Shown: in pieces, positions 35,344-48,400 of the stretch
Layout of the letters: every line of letters starts with the position of its first letter
Position numbering within the stretch: position 1 is the first letter of the stretch
Assembly: GCA_002633005.1 (NCBI GenBank)
Contig: NMRA01000006.1
Coordinates: 604,414 to 668,413 of the forward strand
Direction: 5' to 3'
Source: Phoronis australis
Lineage: Eukaryota; Animalia; Phoronida
Length of the DNA stretch: 64,000 nucleotides
The notes under the pieces: model-generated
Database searches by the model: none
What the model was told of the DNA's origin: nothing
Seen by the model: the letters and a program-made list of their open reading frames with translations, nothing else
Position numbers and translations under genes: made by a program

Positions 35344-36686
35344 AAGAGGATGCCACCCGATTTAATTAGTCTTTTTTACCGTCTTAATCGGTCTATATCC
35401 ACATCGCCTAGCATACGGTCGACCTTACCTTGCCGAGAGGTTTCGCGTTAACCTTTGAGAAAGGTGAGAAACGACGCAGCGATGTCAGTGGTTCATTTGC
35501 AGAGTGAACCCGCTATGTTGCGGTGAATCGTTCCTGCTTGTCCGAACTATGCAGCTGCGAGGAAAGTGGGTATATCGTTTTTTCGACTTCCTCGAGAGTC
35601 CGAAATGCTTAGTAAGTGGCTCACGGTAGTGAAGAATGAAAAGTTAATAGCAAGTATGAGGCCGTGAAACATTTCCGTGTCTGTGGCCTGCAGTCGTCGA
35701 CGGTGAGTCTGACGAATGCCGGCTTACTAAAGAACTATCCATTCGTTCCATTGCCAGTGCATGTTCACGGCGCTTCTCTCTCTAGTATTTCTTGATCACT
35801 GTGTTCTCCGGTTCGAAATTATAGCCTGTGAAACTTAACTATCCACCTGCGAAGTCTTCTTAGGATGAGTTCTCGTCTAAGTCGGGATTGCGAGTTGCCG
35901 TTGACGTTATTATTCTGCGTGCTGTTTCGAAATGAATTATTCTCACCCTAACCAATGCATATATAAAACTTATGCAAAGTCTAATAAGATACAATTTTTA
36001 ATGTCTTTGGAGTATTTGTGACTGCAAATGTTTTGAGAAGCCAGCAATGAATAAACCCCTGCGTTACCAGCTTCAGATGCAATAAAGGTAATTGACCGGG
36101 CACCGAGGCCGTGTGAGCGCATGCTAATTCAGTGTTTGCTGACAGAAAGCTGGTGTGAAGCAATTACTCGATTTTATATGCTATGGTCACATGGGGAATC
36201 TTTATTTAGAAATACAAATACATTATTCAAATCATTGTTACTGTACAACCTTTGTCCTGACGGTCTGTGGAAGGGGAACTCGACTTCGCGGCCCCCGACA
36301 AGTAAGTAGATTTTCAGTTTCGTGGCTAATTCACATAAATAATTACGTGCACATTATTTCTTTGGCTCACTATTCGTGACTGGAGGTTTAGTTTCCAACT
36401 CAAGCTGGTTTATGTTCGTGCCAGTCCCGGCGGCCGCGACGGGACTGATCGGGTTCCGAGCCACTGGCCGNGTTAAACGATGAATTCAAGCGATAAGCTG
36501 ACACCAGTAACCCGTGTTATGAACTGCTGAACAGACTGCGTGTGAAACCAATGACGTCATTGGATAATTTCAACACCTCCGTCTGCCGTCAGGTCTCAGG
36601 TAACGCAACCGAACGTGCCGTTATCGAGTAGAACTACTCGATCTAAATTCATACAAAATAGGTTGTTTTTTGGGTGGCATTCTCCT
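35344..36686 (+). mobile_element. non-autonomous Kolobok-type DNA transposon with THAP-domain remnant
   Basis: ttaa|AAGAGGATGCCACCC...GGGTGGCATTCTCCT|ttaa (13/15 TIR match, TTAA TSD); 35515-35700 reads MLR*IVPACPN..GISFFRLP..KWL..(frameshift)RVCGL = decayed THAP zinc finger. Confidence 0.75.
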
Positions 36687-39600
36687 TTAATGGTGTGACT
36701 AGAAACGCTAACTCACCATATTTGAAATAACCCAAAGGTTTCCACCCCAAAAATGAAACAGAACAATTGTGGTCAATGCATGTAGCCACCCCCGGGCGTA
36801 TCTTAGCTGTTTGCAATGGAACACAGTGCGCGCAAAATTAGGGACCTCGGGACCCCGGCCCACCAATGGACACAACTAAATAAGCCGCCAGCATGCCGTT
36901 TGAAGACTTACGCTTTCTGTCAAAAATCGTGACTGGGCTGCCGCCCCTCCCCCTTCCAAAATTGTGGATGGCTCCCCTAGTGAAACTCGTTGCTCTTCTC
37001 CTGTTGATCAACAAATTAAAACCTTTCCTATCACCATTATCATCATTATCTTCATCACCTGCGTTTAACGTCATTATAAGAGCCGTTGTTACTTAGGTAC
37101 TGTCATTACGTCTTTGGTGCGCGATGCATGGAAACTGAAACAATGCTTACGTAGTCGTTAGTTACTTGGCACAACAGCCTCATTAGGCCTACTTGTATTG
37201 GTAAACAGAGTGTTTATTCCGACTTATTATGCAGAAAACTGAGCCCGAAGTAACAAACACCTCTCAAGTCTTATGGAGTCTCCATTAAACTGATGTTATC
37301 GGTGACAATAGTTTTTTTTTTTTGAGATCAGCCGCAATGCAGAATTGCGTTCCCAATGCAACGCTTGGCTGGCGATTTATAATAAAATCACAAAAACACG
37401 ACGGATTTTCTTGTTTTACAACCCTGGCCGAAGCTACTAACTTCAAGAAATCTATCTCATCCACTGGTAGTCTCTAAACTGCGTTTTCGGCTGTAGAACC
37501 AATTATTCCCCTTTAATAGTACGACAGGATATTCCTTACGTCTCAGAAAGGTCAACTAGGTATCAACAAGTCAAAGAATGTCAAAAGACGTCAGTTTTGA
37601 CGGCCGCTCCATACCAAACGCAAATGATTTCTCATTTCATTTAAATTTGATGATATGGCAAAAAATGACAGTAATCATAAAGCGACACTTTCTGTATTCT
37701 TTTAAAATCAATAGATGTGCCTTCATAAAAGTTGATACATTATTAAAAGTACGCTAGGTACTGAGACTCTTTGTGGCATCATTACCAGCTAGACAAAGGA
37801 CTGGAGCCATGGCGAACAAAAGTTATGCTTCTATAGGAAGTTCCTTCAGTTGACCTCGACCTTGGTTACCTTCGTATTTCTCGCACCCACCAACGTAAAT
37901 TCGCTACATATGCAAACGACAAATAATTTTGTTGACAAATTCACTGTACTCCAGTAGACAATTACAGAGACAATAGTCAATAATCTCAGCACCCGCGCAG
38001 TCGAGGGGAATTTTTGTTGCATGGAATATTCCCATGCGTGAACCCTAAATTAGCTTGTAGGATGCGTGCTTGACTGCCGAAACGAGGCTAGATGCCTGTG
38101 AGAACACGTAGACCGGACTAAACCATTCGCCCACTTCTCGCCAAATCTCGCCTAATCACACGTTTTATGTTCTTTGATCAATGGGTTCTTTCATGTCGTA
38201 GAACTTAGTTCCATGGTCTTGTGTATAAGTGACACTCCACAAGTTTTGCGGGCTTTAAAAGTGTAATTTGCAAGGTCTAAGTATTTTAAATTGCAATAAT
38301 ATCTTCAAGGTATTGCTATTTAAGCCTGAAAAGTTAAGTCCACGCAGTTCTATCTCTTTGTTTCACTATGTGCACAGAACCTGAAAATATGAGTATGATG
38401 GGCCAAACGCTTGCTCAAGGTCAAATAAATTTGATTCCAAAATGAAATTTCAATCCTTTACTACTGCTGCAAGTGCAAAAATCATCCAAAACGAGAGCGT
38501 ATAACACCAAAAGCTACCATTTGCGTGCGATTACTATGCAGTGACAGGCAGATCATTCCGACTGCAATAACCCTGCAAGTTACAGAAATCTGATGACAAG
38601 TATGTACCCACTAGTCAGTGTTACAAATCCTAAGTGCCTAAATGTTACCTGTATTTCCTACTCAGTTTTGTCTTCCGTCTTGCTTCTAGCGAAGGTTTAA
38701 GGAAAGCCACGGCTGAGCAAAAAGGGGTCCGAGTGTAAACCGTTTGCATTCTTTCAATCGGCTGACTCTGTTGTGCTGTGAGCCAAAGACAAGAAGTGAT
38801 AGAAAATAAGTAATACATCGAAAACTCCATTACGACAAGGTCATAGTGACGTCATCATCTGTGACATCACTAAATAACAATTTCGGCTACACCGGAACGA
38901 ACTGTCCTCTTTGCTTAAGCCTGTCAGAAGGACTTGAGTTATGAAGCCTATTACCAGTAAGTAACCTTGAGTTAGTTCGTTTTAGATTTATCTGCTTTTG
39001 GCAATGGCGAAATACTATCGGTATTCAAACAACTGCCAAACGTAACCTTCACACACAATACAAAACTCAAAATCCCCGGGTAACCCAGCAGCTAAGTCGG
39101 ACAATTATTAATGAAATTTGAGGAGACCAGGAGGTAAAATTAACTGCGGCCCAAAAAAAACCTATAGCGTGTCGCCGTAAGAGTACGCACGAAGGGTTAT
39201 TAACAAGCAAAAATATCTTTTAAATGGGCGCAATTTACAGTTTGTACTCTTCAAGACTATCACGAGTCGGAAGTAGTCTTGTTATTACACCTACGTAGAA
39301 TTGACTATAAAGGTACATTATTGGTTTTGCTGCTGAAAATGTACTTTTCGGATTGTTGTTAGATGGGATGCACTTCTTGAATTTATTAGCTTTAACCAGA
39401 GGTATCAACAGCAAAGTCCGTAGTGTTTTTTTTCCTTGATTTCACTACAAATCGCCAATTCTCGCCGTTGTCTGCCAGGCATTTGCTGAAATCAAGGCAG
39501 GTGTTTATCATTTAAATGCATTTCAAATACTCTACTATGAACGCGACGGCTTTGGCTCAGTGTTAGCGTATACAGCTATTACTGCGGAGCTACTGGGTTT

Positions 39601-40690
39601 GATTCCGCGCTACCGCTGCTTGCTGTACAATTACTTTTTTTCGCCGAAAACGTTTCTTTAAAAATATGTTATTCACTTCACGTTTATTGCAAAAGTAAGT
39701 CAGGTGCGTGACATCAGGCAACCTGACGCACCACGAGTTGTGCAAACTGAAGTTGGAAATGAATTGATTTCTTACTGTCACTTGACTTGTAAAAACTATA
39801 CATTAAATGAGAAGAGAGGTCCCTGCGGACAAAATAGACGCAGCAGTAGTAACAGCTCGCGTCCCAACCGTAACTGCACGCGAGAGAATAGTTCGCATCA
39901 TATATTTGGAAACACGCTGTACGTCGTGAAGGGTATTAATTACGCTCTAATTATTTTCTGCTAGTTGTATCAAGAAGTGGCAACAAGATCTCAAAACCAA
40001 TTTTCACTCCCAATGTAGATGACTAAACCGGGAGTGGTATTTTGAAAGAAGTACCGAGCATGCGCTGTGATCTGATTTAAGTAGCCGGCGCGAGTGCATA
40101 CAATCCAGAAAAGAGTTGCCGCTTGTTTGCGCATGTTTCGTGTCCACCTTCAAGAGTCGCAGAACAACTCAAGAACTTAACATAGTTATTTACTCTCGTC
40201 GCCAAGTGTATGACCGAAGCCGAGTCGTTGTAATTTCTCGCCAAAATGTTTTGAACATTCCAGGTAAAATACGCATTATTTTCTCTTCCAGTAGACGTGT
40301 GAATGGTTTGTAGTTTCTTCTGAAAAGGCATATCATAACGTTTACCCAGTCTAGCATTGCGTGTTTGGAAATGTACTGACGACAGTCATTAAACCAAGCT
40401 TTTAGACGTTGGGGCCTGCTCTTCCAAACAGTCCTCGTAACTCTCCTGCCGTGATAATAATAGTGAACCTCGTAAATGAAAAAATTATGTTACTGCTGCG
40501 TTGCCCTTTCCATATGATTTGTGGACTTCTTTGAAATTGTCGTGTATGACATCGAATCAAGTGCTGTCAGTGTTGCCTATTGTCATTATCGTTCATTCTT
40601 AATGCTAAGTCAAAGTAATTGGTAAACTACTGAGGTGTTTCGCCATGAAGTATTTTCAATGGCTTATTTTATGCTTCTCATTAGTTGCCG

Positions 40691-41072
40691 ATGGAGAATT
40701 ACGAATGGACGAAAGCCTCGTGGTTGGAAACTCGTGGAGACGACAAATATAGCGTATACAACTTTAGCGGAGCTGGTGCTATTTTGGAAGACTTTAAACA
40801 AGATCTTCTCACTCTTGACTCGGTAGTGACCAACGTTCTGTTGTCTTTATATATACCTGTGTTCGTTCTCTCGTTCTTTGCCAATGGTTTACTCCTCTAC
40901 GTTCTGTGTTCCGGAAAACGGATGAGGCGGATTCAGAACTACTTTATGGCGAACCTGGCCTTCTCTGACCTCGGAATAACACTAGTTTGCATGCCACTTA
41001 CTGTCGGTCACGTGATCTACAAGTCATGGGTGTTCGGAGCAATGCTGTGTAAGCTAGCACCATGTCTACAAG
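40691..41072 (+). CDS. GPCR coding exon 1 (N-terminus to TM3 start)
   Basis: ATG 40691; TM1-TM2, WxFGxxxCK; donor gtatgt. Confidence 0.9.
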
Positions 41073-44000
41073 GTATGTTNCCATACGCTTTATGTATATT
41101 ATAAATGTTCACACCATCAACACCGACCAGGATCGACAATCTTCCCTTTCGTGGACCGCTAGGACATTTCCGCCAAAAGGCGTTATTTCGCCATAAATAC
41201 AACCTTTCTTGCGAGTTGTAATTCTTTTTTATGTGCTGCAATTACATTTTACAACCAATGCAATTGGTTTTCTCATAAACCGTGTACGTTTTCAATTTTT
41301 ATATAGATAGGTTTGGTGTATTGTACTGAGCACTGTGTCCTATCAGATGTTAAACTGCGGTTTATGAGAAAAGAACTGAGTTGGAAGAATAGAATTTTGG
41401 TTTGTGAGAAAAGTTCTGTGATGAACTGTGTTAATTAGAAAGATAAGCTGATGATGAGATCTACCGTGCAGAGCGTGGGGAATTAAGACTGTGTACTCTG
41501 GACACTATTTGTACCCAAGATCGATACTACATGTATACCCGAGATCGGCACATGATACATACTTCTTTTTCATAGTCAATCAAGATTCCATATGGTACTC
41601 AGTGTTGGAAGACTAGCCTACTTTTATACCCATACAAACCTGTCTTCCCTCAACAACTACGAACTTTTTATTTAAGAAGTTAACCGCTTTAAACTGATTT
41701 TAACATGTCCATTACTTAGATGAGAGAGATAATTCCCAGGCTGGGGAACAATTGACAATTTGCCATTGCTTGAGAACAATCTCAATAGTTGCCTGTCACT
41801 CCGGGTCACGATCATGTTCTCAAGCATTACCGAACTGCAAGTTTGTCCCTAGCTACACTAGAAATCATTCCTCATCTGAGCAAAGATCGAGATGAAATTT
41901 TATGCTGGAAAGTAAACGAAACCAAAATTTAGTACTTTCTTTGGCGGCAGAGGGCGCGTTCAAAACGCTTTGAATTCAGCGGTGGAAGGAGAGAGTGAAG
42001 GGTAAACCTTGTTTATTGTCTTTTTAAGCTGAAAATCGGTACACTCACGAAAGTACTTGTCAATAAATTCACTTGTTATCGGTACGACAATAAGTTGATC
42101 TCACATTCAACCGAACTACCTGGTCAACTGGTGGCGTTCAATACGGCTGGACTCATTTTAAAAACCGTCAACCCAAAAACAAAACAGTTCCTGATCATCT
42201 ACAAATTGCTTCAATAGTTACAGACTCATTGCTCACGTCAGTACGTTTAGGTTGAGTCGTATGTACCCGGTTGCACGAAACAGTCCAAATAGGGACTCAA
42301 CTAAGCTCCCTAAGTCTTTTGCCTAGTTGTTTCGCTCTTTACTCATAGCTATGATATGTTTTTATCATTTCATTTTCATTATGAGCTCCTGTATAATTAA
42401 TGACATTTTCTAACAATATAATTAAAACTGCGCTCTAAATTCAGTCAAAATAATTAAGGACTTAGTCCTTAATTATGGAAGTTGCATGAAAAGATCCCTA
42501 CTTATTTTCAATAATAATAAAAATTCACCATTGATCGAGTTCAATCTTGATTTGTGTCAAAGTCAAAATTGACTTAGTAATGAGGCTCGAACAGCATAAG
42601 AAAGGACAATCGATGTTTTCACTAGATTGAAGGAACTTAGTGGAACCTTTTTGGGACTGTTTCATGCAACCGGGCACTGCACTCTTATTTCACAGAAATG
42701 TTTTAGCAAAGTCATTCATTGGCTGTGGATAAACAATAAGAACTTCATTCGTGTTAAAAGCATCAACTTCCTTGTCGCCGTTCTGAGCTATCAATTTTCC
42801 TGCCTCGCGATGCGCACGAGCACTCTTATGAATGGCGTCCTTTCTCATCAACACAATCCTCTTGTTACCAGCTCTAGGTCTTTTCTCATCAAGTGCAAGT
42901 CGTTTCTTGCTAACTCGGGTCTTTTTATAGTCCTGTTTTTTTGTTTTTTTTTTCATGGAAGGCGATCTATTCTCCCGAACAATTATGAATTTGGAGTTTC
43001 TTGTATTATTTCGGATTGAATGGTTAGAGGTGACTTTATTCGTCAACAAAGCCGAGATAGACGAATGACACAAATAAAAACGTAAATTTGTACAAATACT
43101 CTTTAAAGTGTTACAAGTAATCGTTTAACGATCTTAAGTGAGTTGTTGATCGGCATTGGGCTTCAACAACGTGCGAGATTTCGCTTGAGACCACAAAGTG
43201 GCAGAGGAGGACGCGTAGCACTAACGCTGTAACCGCTTGCCTGGTTCCGGCTGAAGGGAGGAATCGCCTTCGTGCAAGCCGAAAATACAATCAAGTTTCT
43301 GACTGTGTCGACCTCCATATTTGGAAAGCCACGTGAACTGACAAGCCTGATAGGGGACGTTTCAGTGCTGCACAGTTACTACGAACTAAAAATAACGCAA
43401 CACACGCGGCTACTGAGATTGACAATGTGTTGCGGTTACCCATCGGCTGACATTAACATGAAATTAAAAGTAAAAGAGAACCGATGTGACGAGGGAACCA
43501 ATCTTTGCACTTGATGGGAATACCAGCCTTCTTTGCTAAGTTTCTTGACGACCTTTCTTTGACAAGTCATGAGCTAGAACAGGTGGGAGCCGTCTAGTCT
43601 CTGCTATGATACCAGCCCAATCATGTAGTCACAAGCGCGAAACAGCCCCATCTCAAAGTTTTAGGTATGATGAACAAATACATTTTATAAAATAATCTCT
43701 ATCTATTATGAGGTCATCAGGCCACCTCAGAATAGCACGTGCGCTGTGCGCTGTCATTTATTTCTGAAACTGGAAGAGCAGGCATTTTGACAGCATGTCT
43801 GAACACTGCCACAATGCGGTACGTGAGAAAAGAGTATTCAAGAGTATTCAAGTCATTGATAGTCACCGGCCGTGATTTCAGCGAGTCTCTGGCAGACACT
43901 GGCCAAGTTTGGTGATTTGTAAAATACACACAATGGATTTAACTGTTGTACAGCTTTGGTCAAAACATCCATCCTACCCAACAATAACTCCAAAATACGT

Positions 44001-45324
44001 TTTTCGGCCGTACGCTGCTACTACCAGTGCAGATCACTATGGAGGAAGATTGGCAGCTATGCACTTGTTTGAACTGAGATTTGTGACAATAAATAGCCCG
44101 GCATTCCCTTGACGGCCATACTGTCATGGCGACTGAAACTAACCGACGTCACAAATAACTTAATGGGCCTTGTCAGGAGCACTTAAAACATCGTGTCGTT
44201 TCTTCCCAAGTCTAAAATCATTTTTTAACTGAGCAATGAACAAGTTGTGACTGGTTTTACAAAAGCAAGTGCCTTAAATCAAAAGTTGGTTTCAGTGAGG
44301 TCGCGGGTTTATTGCATTTTTAAATCAAACACGTGATATTCTTTTTGCTTTCTTAACCAGTGTGTTAAAAGATAAACAGTTACTCAGAAAGTGGTGTTGG
44401 TTGTTACATGCAAAGGTAATCTCAACATGCATGATACGTTATTTACAAGCAGTTTACAACTTAGTTCCTATTTTCATGTTTTGATATCTCAGAAAATATT
44501 GTGATAAGTTAAACAGCACTATAAACGGTTTATACATAAACTGTATTTAAAACCAAAGATAATGATGCTTATTGTTTTTCTCTGTTTGTGGCGATTTTTT
44601 GTCCTTCATAATTATGTGGTTCCTGTTTCAATAACACGTCTAGACCGGTTCCGCTTTTTCTCTGATCAATATGGCGACGAAACTTCGAACTGAACGGCAT
44701 AATCTAGATAAAGAAATGACCGGTATTGTCTCATTTGGTTTCGTTTCGTTTCTATTTTCATCAGGTCGTTAGCGATGACTGTAATTTAATGCGAGTGCAA
44801 ATCTGAGCTTCTATACTAATCAAGACTTTTGTTTAGAGACACGAAATCCGAATTGATTGGAGCAGATTGATTTCATGATGACAACCATACTGTCTTTCTG
44901 TCAAACAATAAGTAGCGCTACTTAGCTATACGTCAATCTATTGCTTTTATATTCACAATGCCAAACAGCTAAGCGTAGGAAAATTTTTGTTAGTAGGGAC
45001 CATAAATAGTTAGTTGGTTGAAGTCCGTGCCTGTAACGACAACTTTGTCTTCCTCTGCTGCATACCGAACAAGTTGTCAAAAAAACAAATCCGTTTTCTT
45101 TAAGAGTGCCTGTATGTGTAAAACAGAAAAACGGTCTTAGATGGGAGCATGACTGGCCACAAATTTGGAAATTGGTGTCGTTTCATTATCTTTTGGGTTG
45201 ACCTAACTCCAATATATGTTCATTTCGCATTCAAGCGAAGAAGATCTCAGTTTACTTTTAGTGTTTGACACTTACCTTTATTGTATTTGATGATTTGAAT
45301 GTAACAAGGTCCGGAGGACTAGTT

Positions 45325-45406
<82 letters not shown>

Positions 45407-48400
45407 ATGAAAATTAGTTGCGTGAACAGTTTGTAAAAGTAAAAGGTCAATCAATTCGTCACAACTTTATCGCCACTCTTGCTCAGAAACTTAGCCAGAT
45501 TCGAGCTTTCAAAAAAGTCTTTGAAATATATATCTGAACAAATACAAGTATACCACTGTCTGAATTCACTCCCCCTGATTCAATCCACTACAAATTTAAC
45601 GTAAATAACTAAGCACTTGTATCATTTATGATTTTTACAACTTCGATTGATTGAGAGCACAACTACATGTAGTTCAAATTAGAGGCCTCGTCAAAATCAT
45701 TGGTAACATTCAATAAAACAAAATGTGATATGGCTAAATACGATCAGCTTCTAAAATTTCAACCCCATTCATTTCCGGGGATGCAGCATTTTTTCTTACA
45801 CAATTCTCGTGACGCCAGTTGACGCTGTTTTGCGCGAGGTAAATAATCCCAAAAGGAGGCGCTTTAAGCGCTTCGAGTTTCACTACTTAACGATTTTCAA
45901 AACGTTTAAGTTGAAAAATGTGAGGTGTTTTGATAGACGCCGTACAGGAACATAGGAAAATATCAAGTGGCAGAATAAATGTAAAAAATTAACTTAGGGT
46001 TGTTAACTCAAATTCAAAGTGATGGAGTTTTTCACCAAGAAGTTACGAATGTATAATGAATTGTGTGATTTACTTTTCATTTGGCGATGTGTAAAAGGAT
46101 TTGTGTATATAACTGTCGTTTTTTATGCAGGCGTTTGAAAATGCTTAAGTTATCATTTGCTTATGAATGGCTCTGCGGGTGTTACTTTTTAGTAGTGCTG
46201 GACAATTTGGCATGAATATTTAAATTTTATCCTATTACGGGCAGACTGATAGAGTTTTAATATTACACTATGTATGGCGGCGTGCGGTATCCATAGTTAC
46301 ATGTACATTCAAACTATCAATAGAATTAGCACTATTTGTGAGACTCGTAAAATTATTGAAGAAATTTAGACGTTGAAAAATCGATTCGTATGTGATTGTT
46401 GGCGGCTGATTTGCAACTAGCAGATTTGTTAGTCAGCTAAGTTAAAGTATTGTGATATGGGCCACATGCTTGTTTACTTGTAATCAATATCTGACATATT
46501 ATTTTAATGACTTAAGATCTTCTGCCTGACATTAGGGCCTATTTACAAACTCGTCATAAGTGGCGACACTTTGCTCACTCGCCTTGCTCGTGGCGAAACG
46601 AGTAATGCAAGTCACGTGATATGGGAGCTTTGTCCAAAATGTCGCTTCGTAATTGCTCGAAGAATAAAATATGTAACAACAGAAGCTGTCCATCACGGCA
46701 ATAAGCACACTGTCCAACAGATGGAGCTTAAAGCACCAACAAGGTCGATGAAGGCGCCGAGGGTAAATTGTTTATTAAGAACTGTCCTTTCCAGTCTAGA
46801 AACCAGATGAAGTAGAGCGGTCTTCGTCGAGAAACCCGGTCTGTAAGCATACTGATTGTTCTGAAATCTGCTTCGCAGTCCTTGTTCACCATGATGCCGC
46901 AGAATGAGCCTTTCAGCTCCTTTGAGAAGAACTGATATAAGCTTAAAGGATTCAGCCAACGGCAACGAGTTCTTCCCTGGTTTAGGAATGAAGACTTAGT
47001 TTTTATCCACGTCTTGGGGATACAACCTAGTCAAAGTCTGGCTTTGCAGATTGCTACATTGACTAGACAGTTTAACACTATTAGGATAGTAGTTACTCAT
47101 CTTGACCTCGAGTGGACCAAAATACAATTCTTACTGAAGAAACTGTTTGAGACAAACTCACGAAATTTTTATTTTTTAAATATTCAAATTAAAAAGAGTC
47201 ATTTTGGAACAAAATCCAAAACTGATCTGACAAAATATAGATGTTAAGAATAGTTTCAAACCAAAAAAGGAGACCAATATTACACTCTTTCACAGTGCTA
47301 CCTTTCGTAGCACTGTGAAATGTTTAACATGGCTTCTTATAGCTTAAAGTACTTCTTGCAAACTGCCTATGTGGTTCCAGTATCCGAAAATACTTACTAA
47401 ATATATTCTTGTTTTCGACACCCTTTCTTTATATTCTTTTCGCCTTTCTTGCCAAAAGCGATTTTTTAACAGTATTTGACCCTTCTCTCTGAGCGTATGA
47501 TTACCGGTTGTCATCGGTTATTTCCGTACCCACATTTCCGGCTCATCAGTTCAGGAACTTGTCCTGAACGCCGCCATTTTTCCTTGTAACTGAATGTGCT
47601 ATGGCTTGCTCGAAAAGTCTTCATTATTTTGTTTTATTAGTAACATCGTGATTGGTTTGCATATGTAGTGTATTTTTAGTTTGTAGTTAGTGGTCGTTGA
47701 TTTTTTTTGGAATGTTACGCGTACGTAGTATGTTAAAATAGCATTGGTGTTTAGTTCCTTACGTAGGCGGGTCGAACCTAGGAACCAATATGGGTCGAAC
47801 CAATTTTTTTTCGGTTTTATTTTTTCCTCGTTTTGAAAAGTACTTTGCTATCATCGGAAAGGTAGTACATTCTACTCAGTAAAAATCGAAAAAGTATCAA
47901 AATCGGGGCAAGCACTGTAAAGTTATTGCAAGTTTTGTGGCGAAATTTGGGTCACTTTGTTTGGATCGCGTCGGCCATATTGGANNNNNNNNNNNNNNNN
48001 NNNNNNNNNNNNNNNNNNNNNNNNNNNNNNNNNNNNNNNNNNNNNNNNNNNNNNNNNNNNNNNNNNNNNNNNNNNNNNNNNNNNNNNNNNNNNNNNNNNN
48101 NNNNNNNNNNNNNNNNNNNNNNNNNNNNNNNNNNNNNNNNNNNNNNNNNNNNNNNNNNNNNNNNNNNNNNNNNNNNNNNNNNNNNNNNNNNNNNNNNNNN
48201 NNNNNNNNNNNNNNNNNNNNNNNNNNNNNNNNNNNNNNNNNNNNNNNNNNNNNNNNNNNNNNNNNNNNNNNNNNNNNNNNNNNNNNNNNNNNNNNNNNNN
48301 NNNNNNNNNNNNNNNNNNNNNNNNNNNNNNNNNNNNNNNNNNNNNNNNNNNNNNNNNNNNNNNNNNNGCACTGACGGCGTTTTCTCGGCCTGGGTTCCTG

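Noticed and set aside
42627-43073. Overlapping 130-aa plus and 127-aa Lys-rich minus ORFs in the GPCR intron
   Set aside because: Composition is driven by T/A tracts, the region overlaps or abuts a MITE end, and no motifs are present
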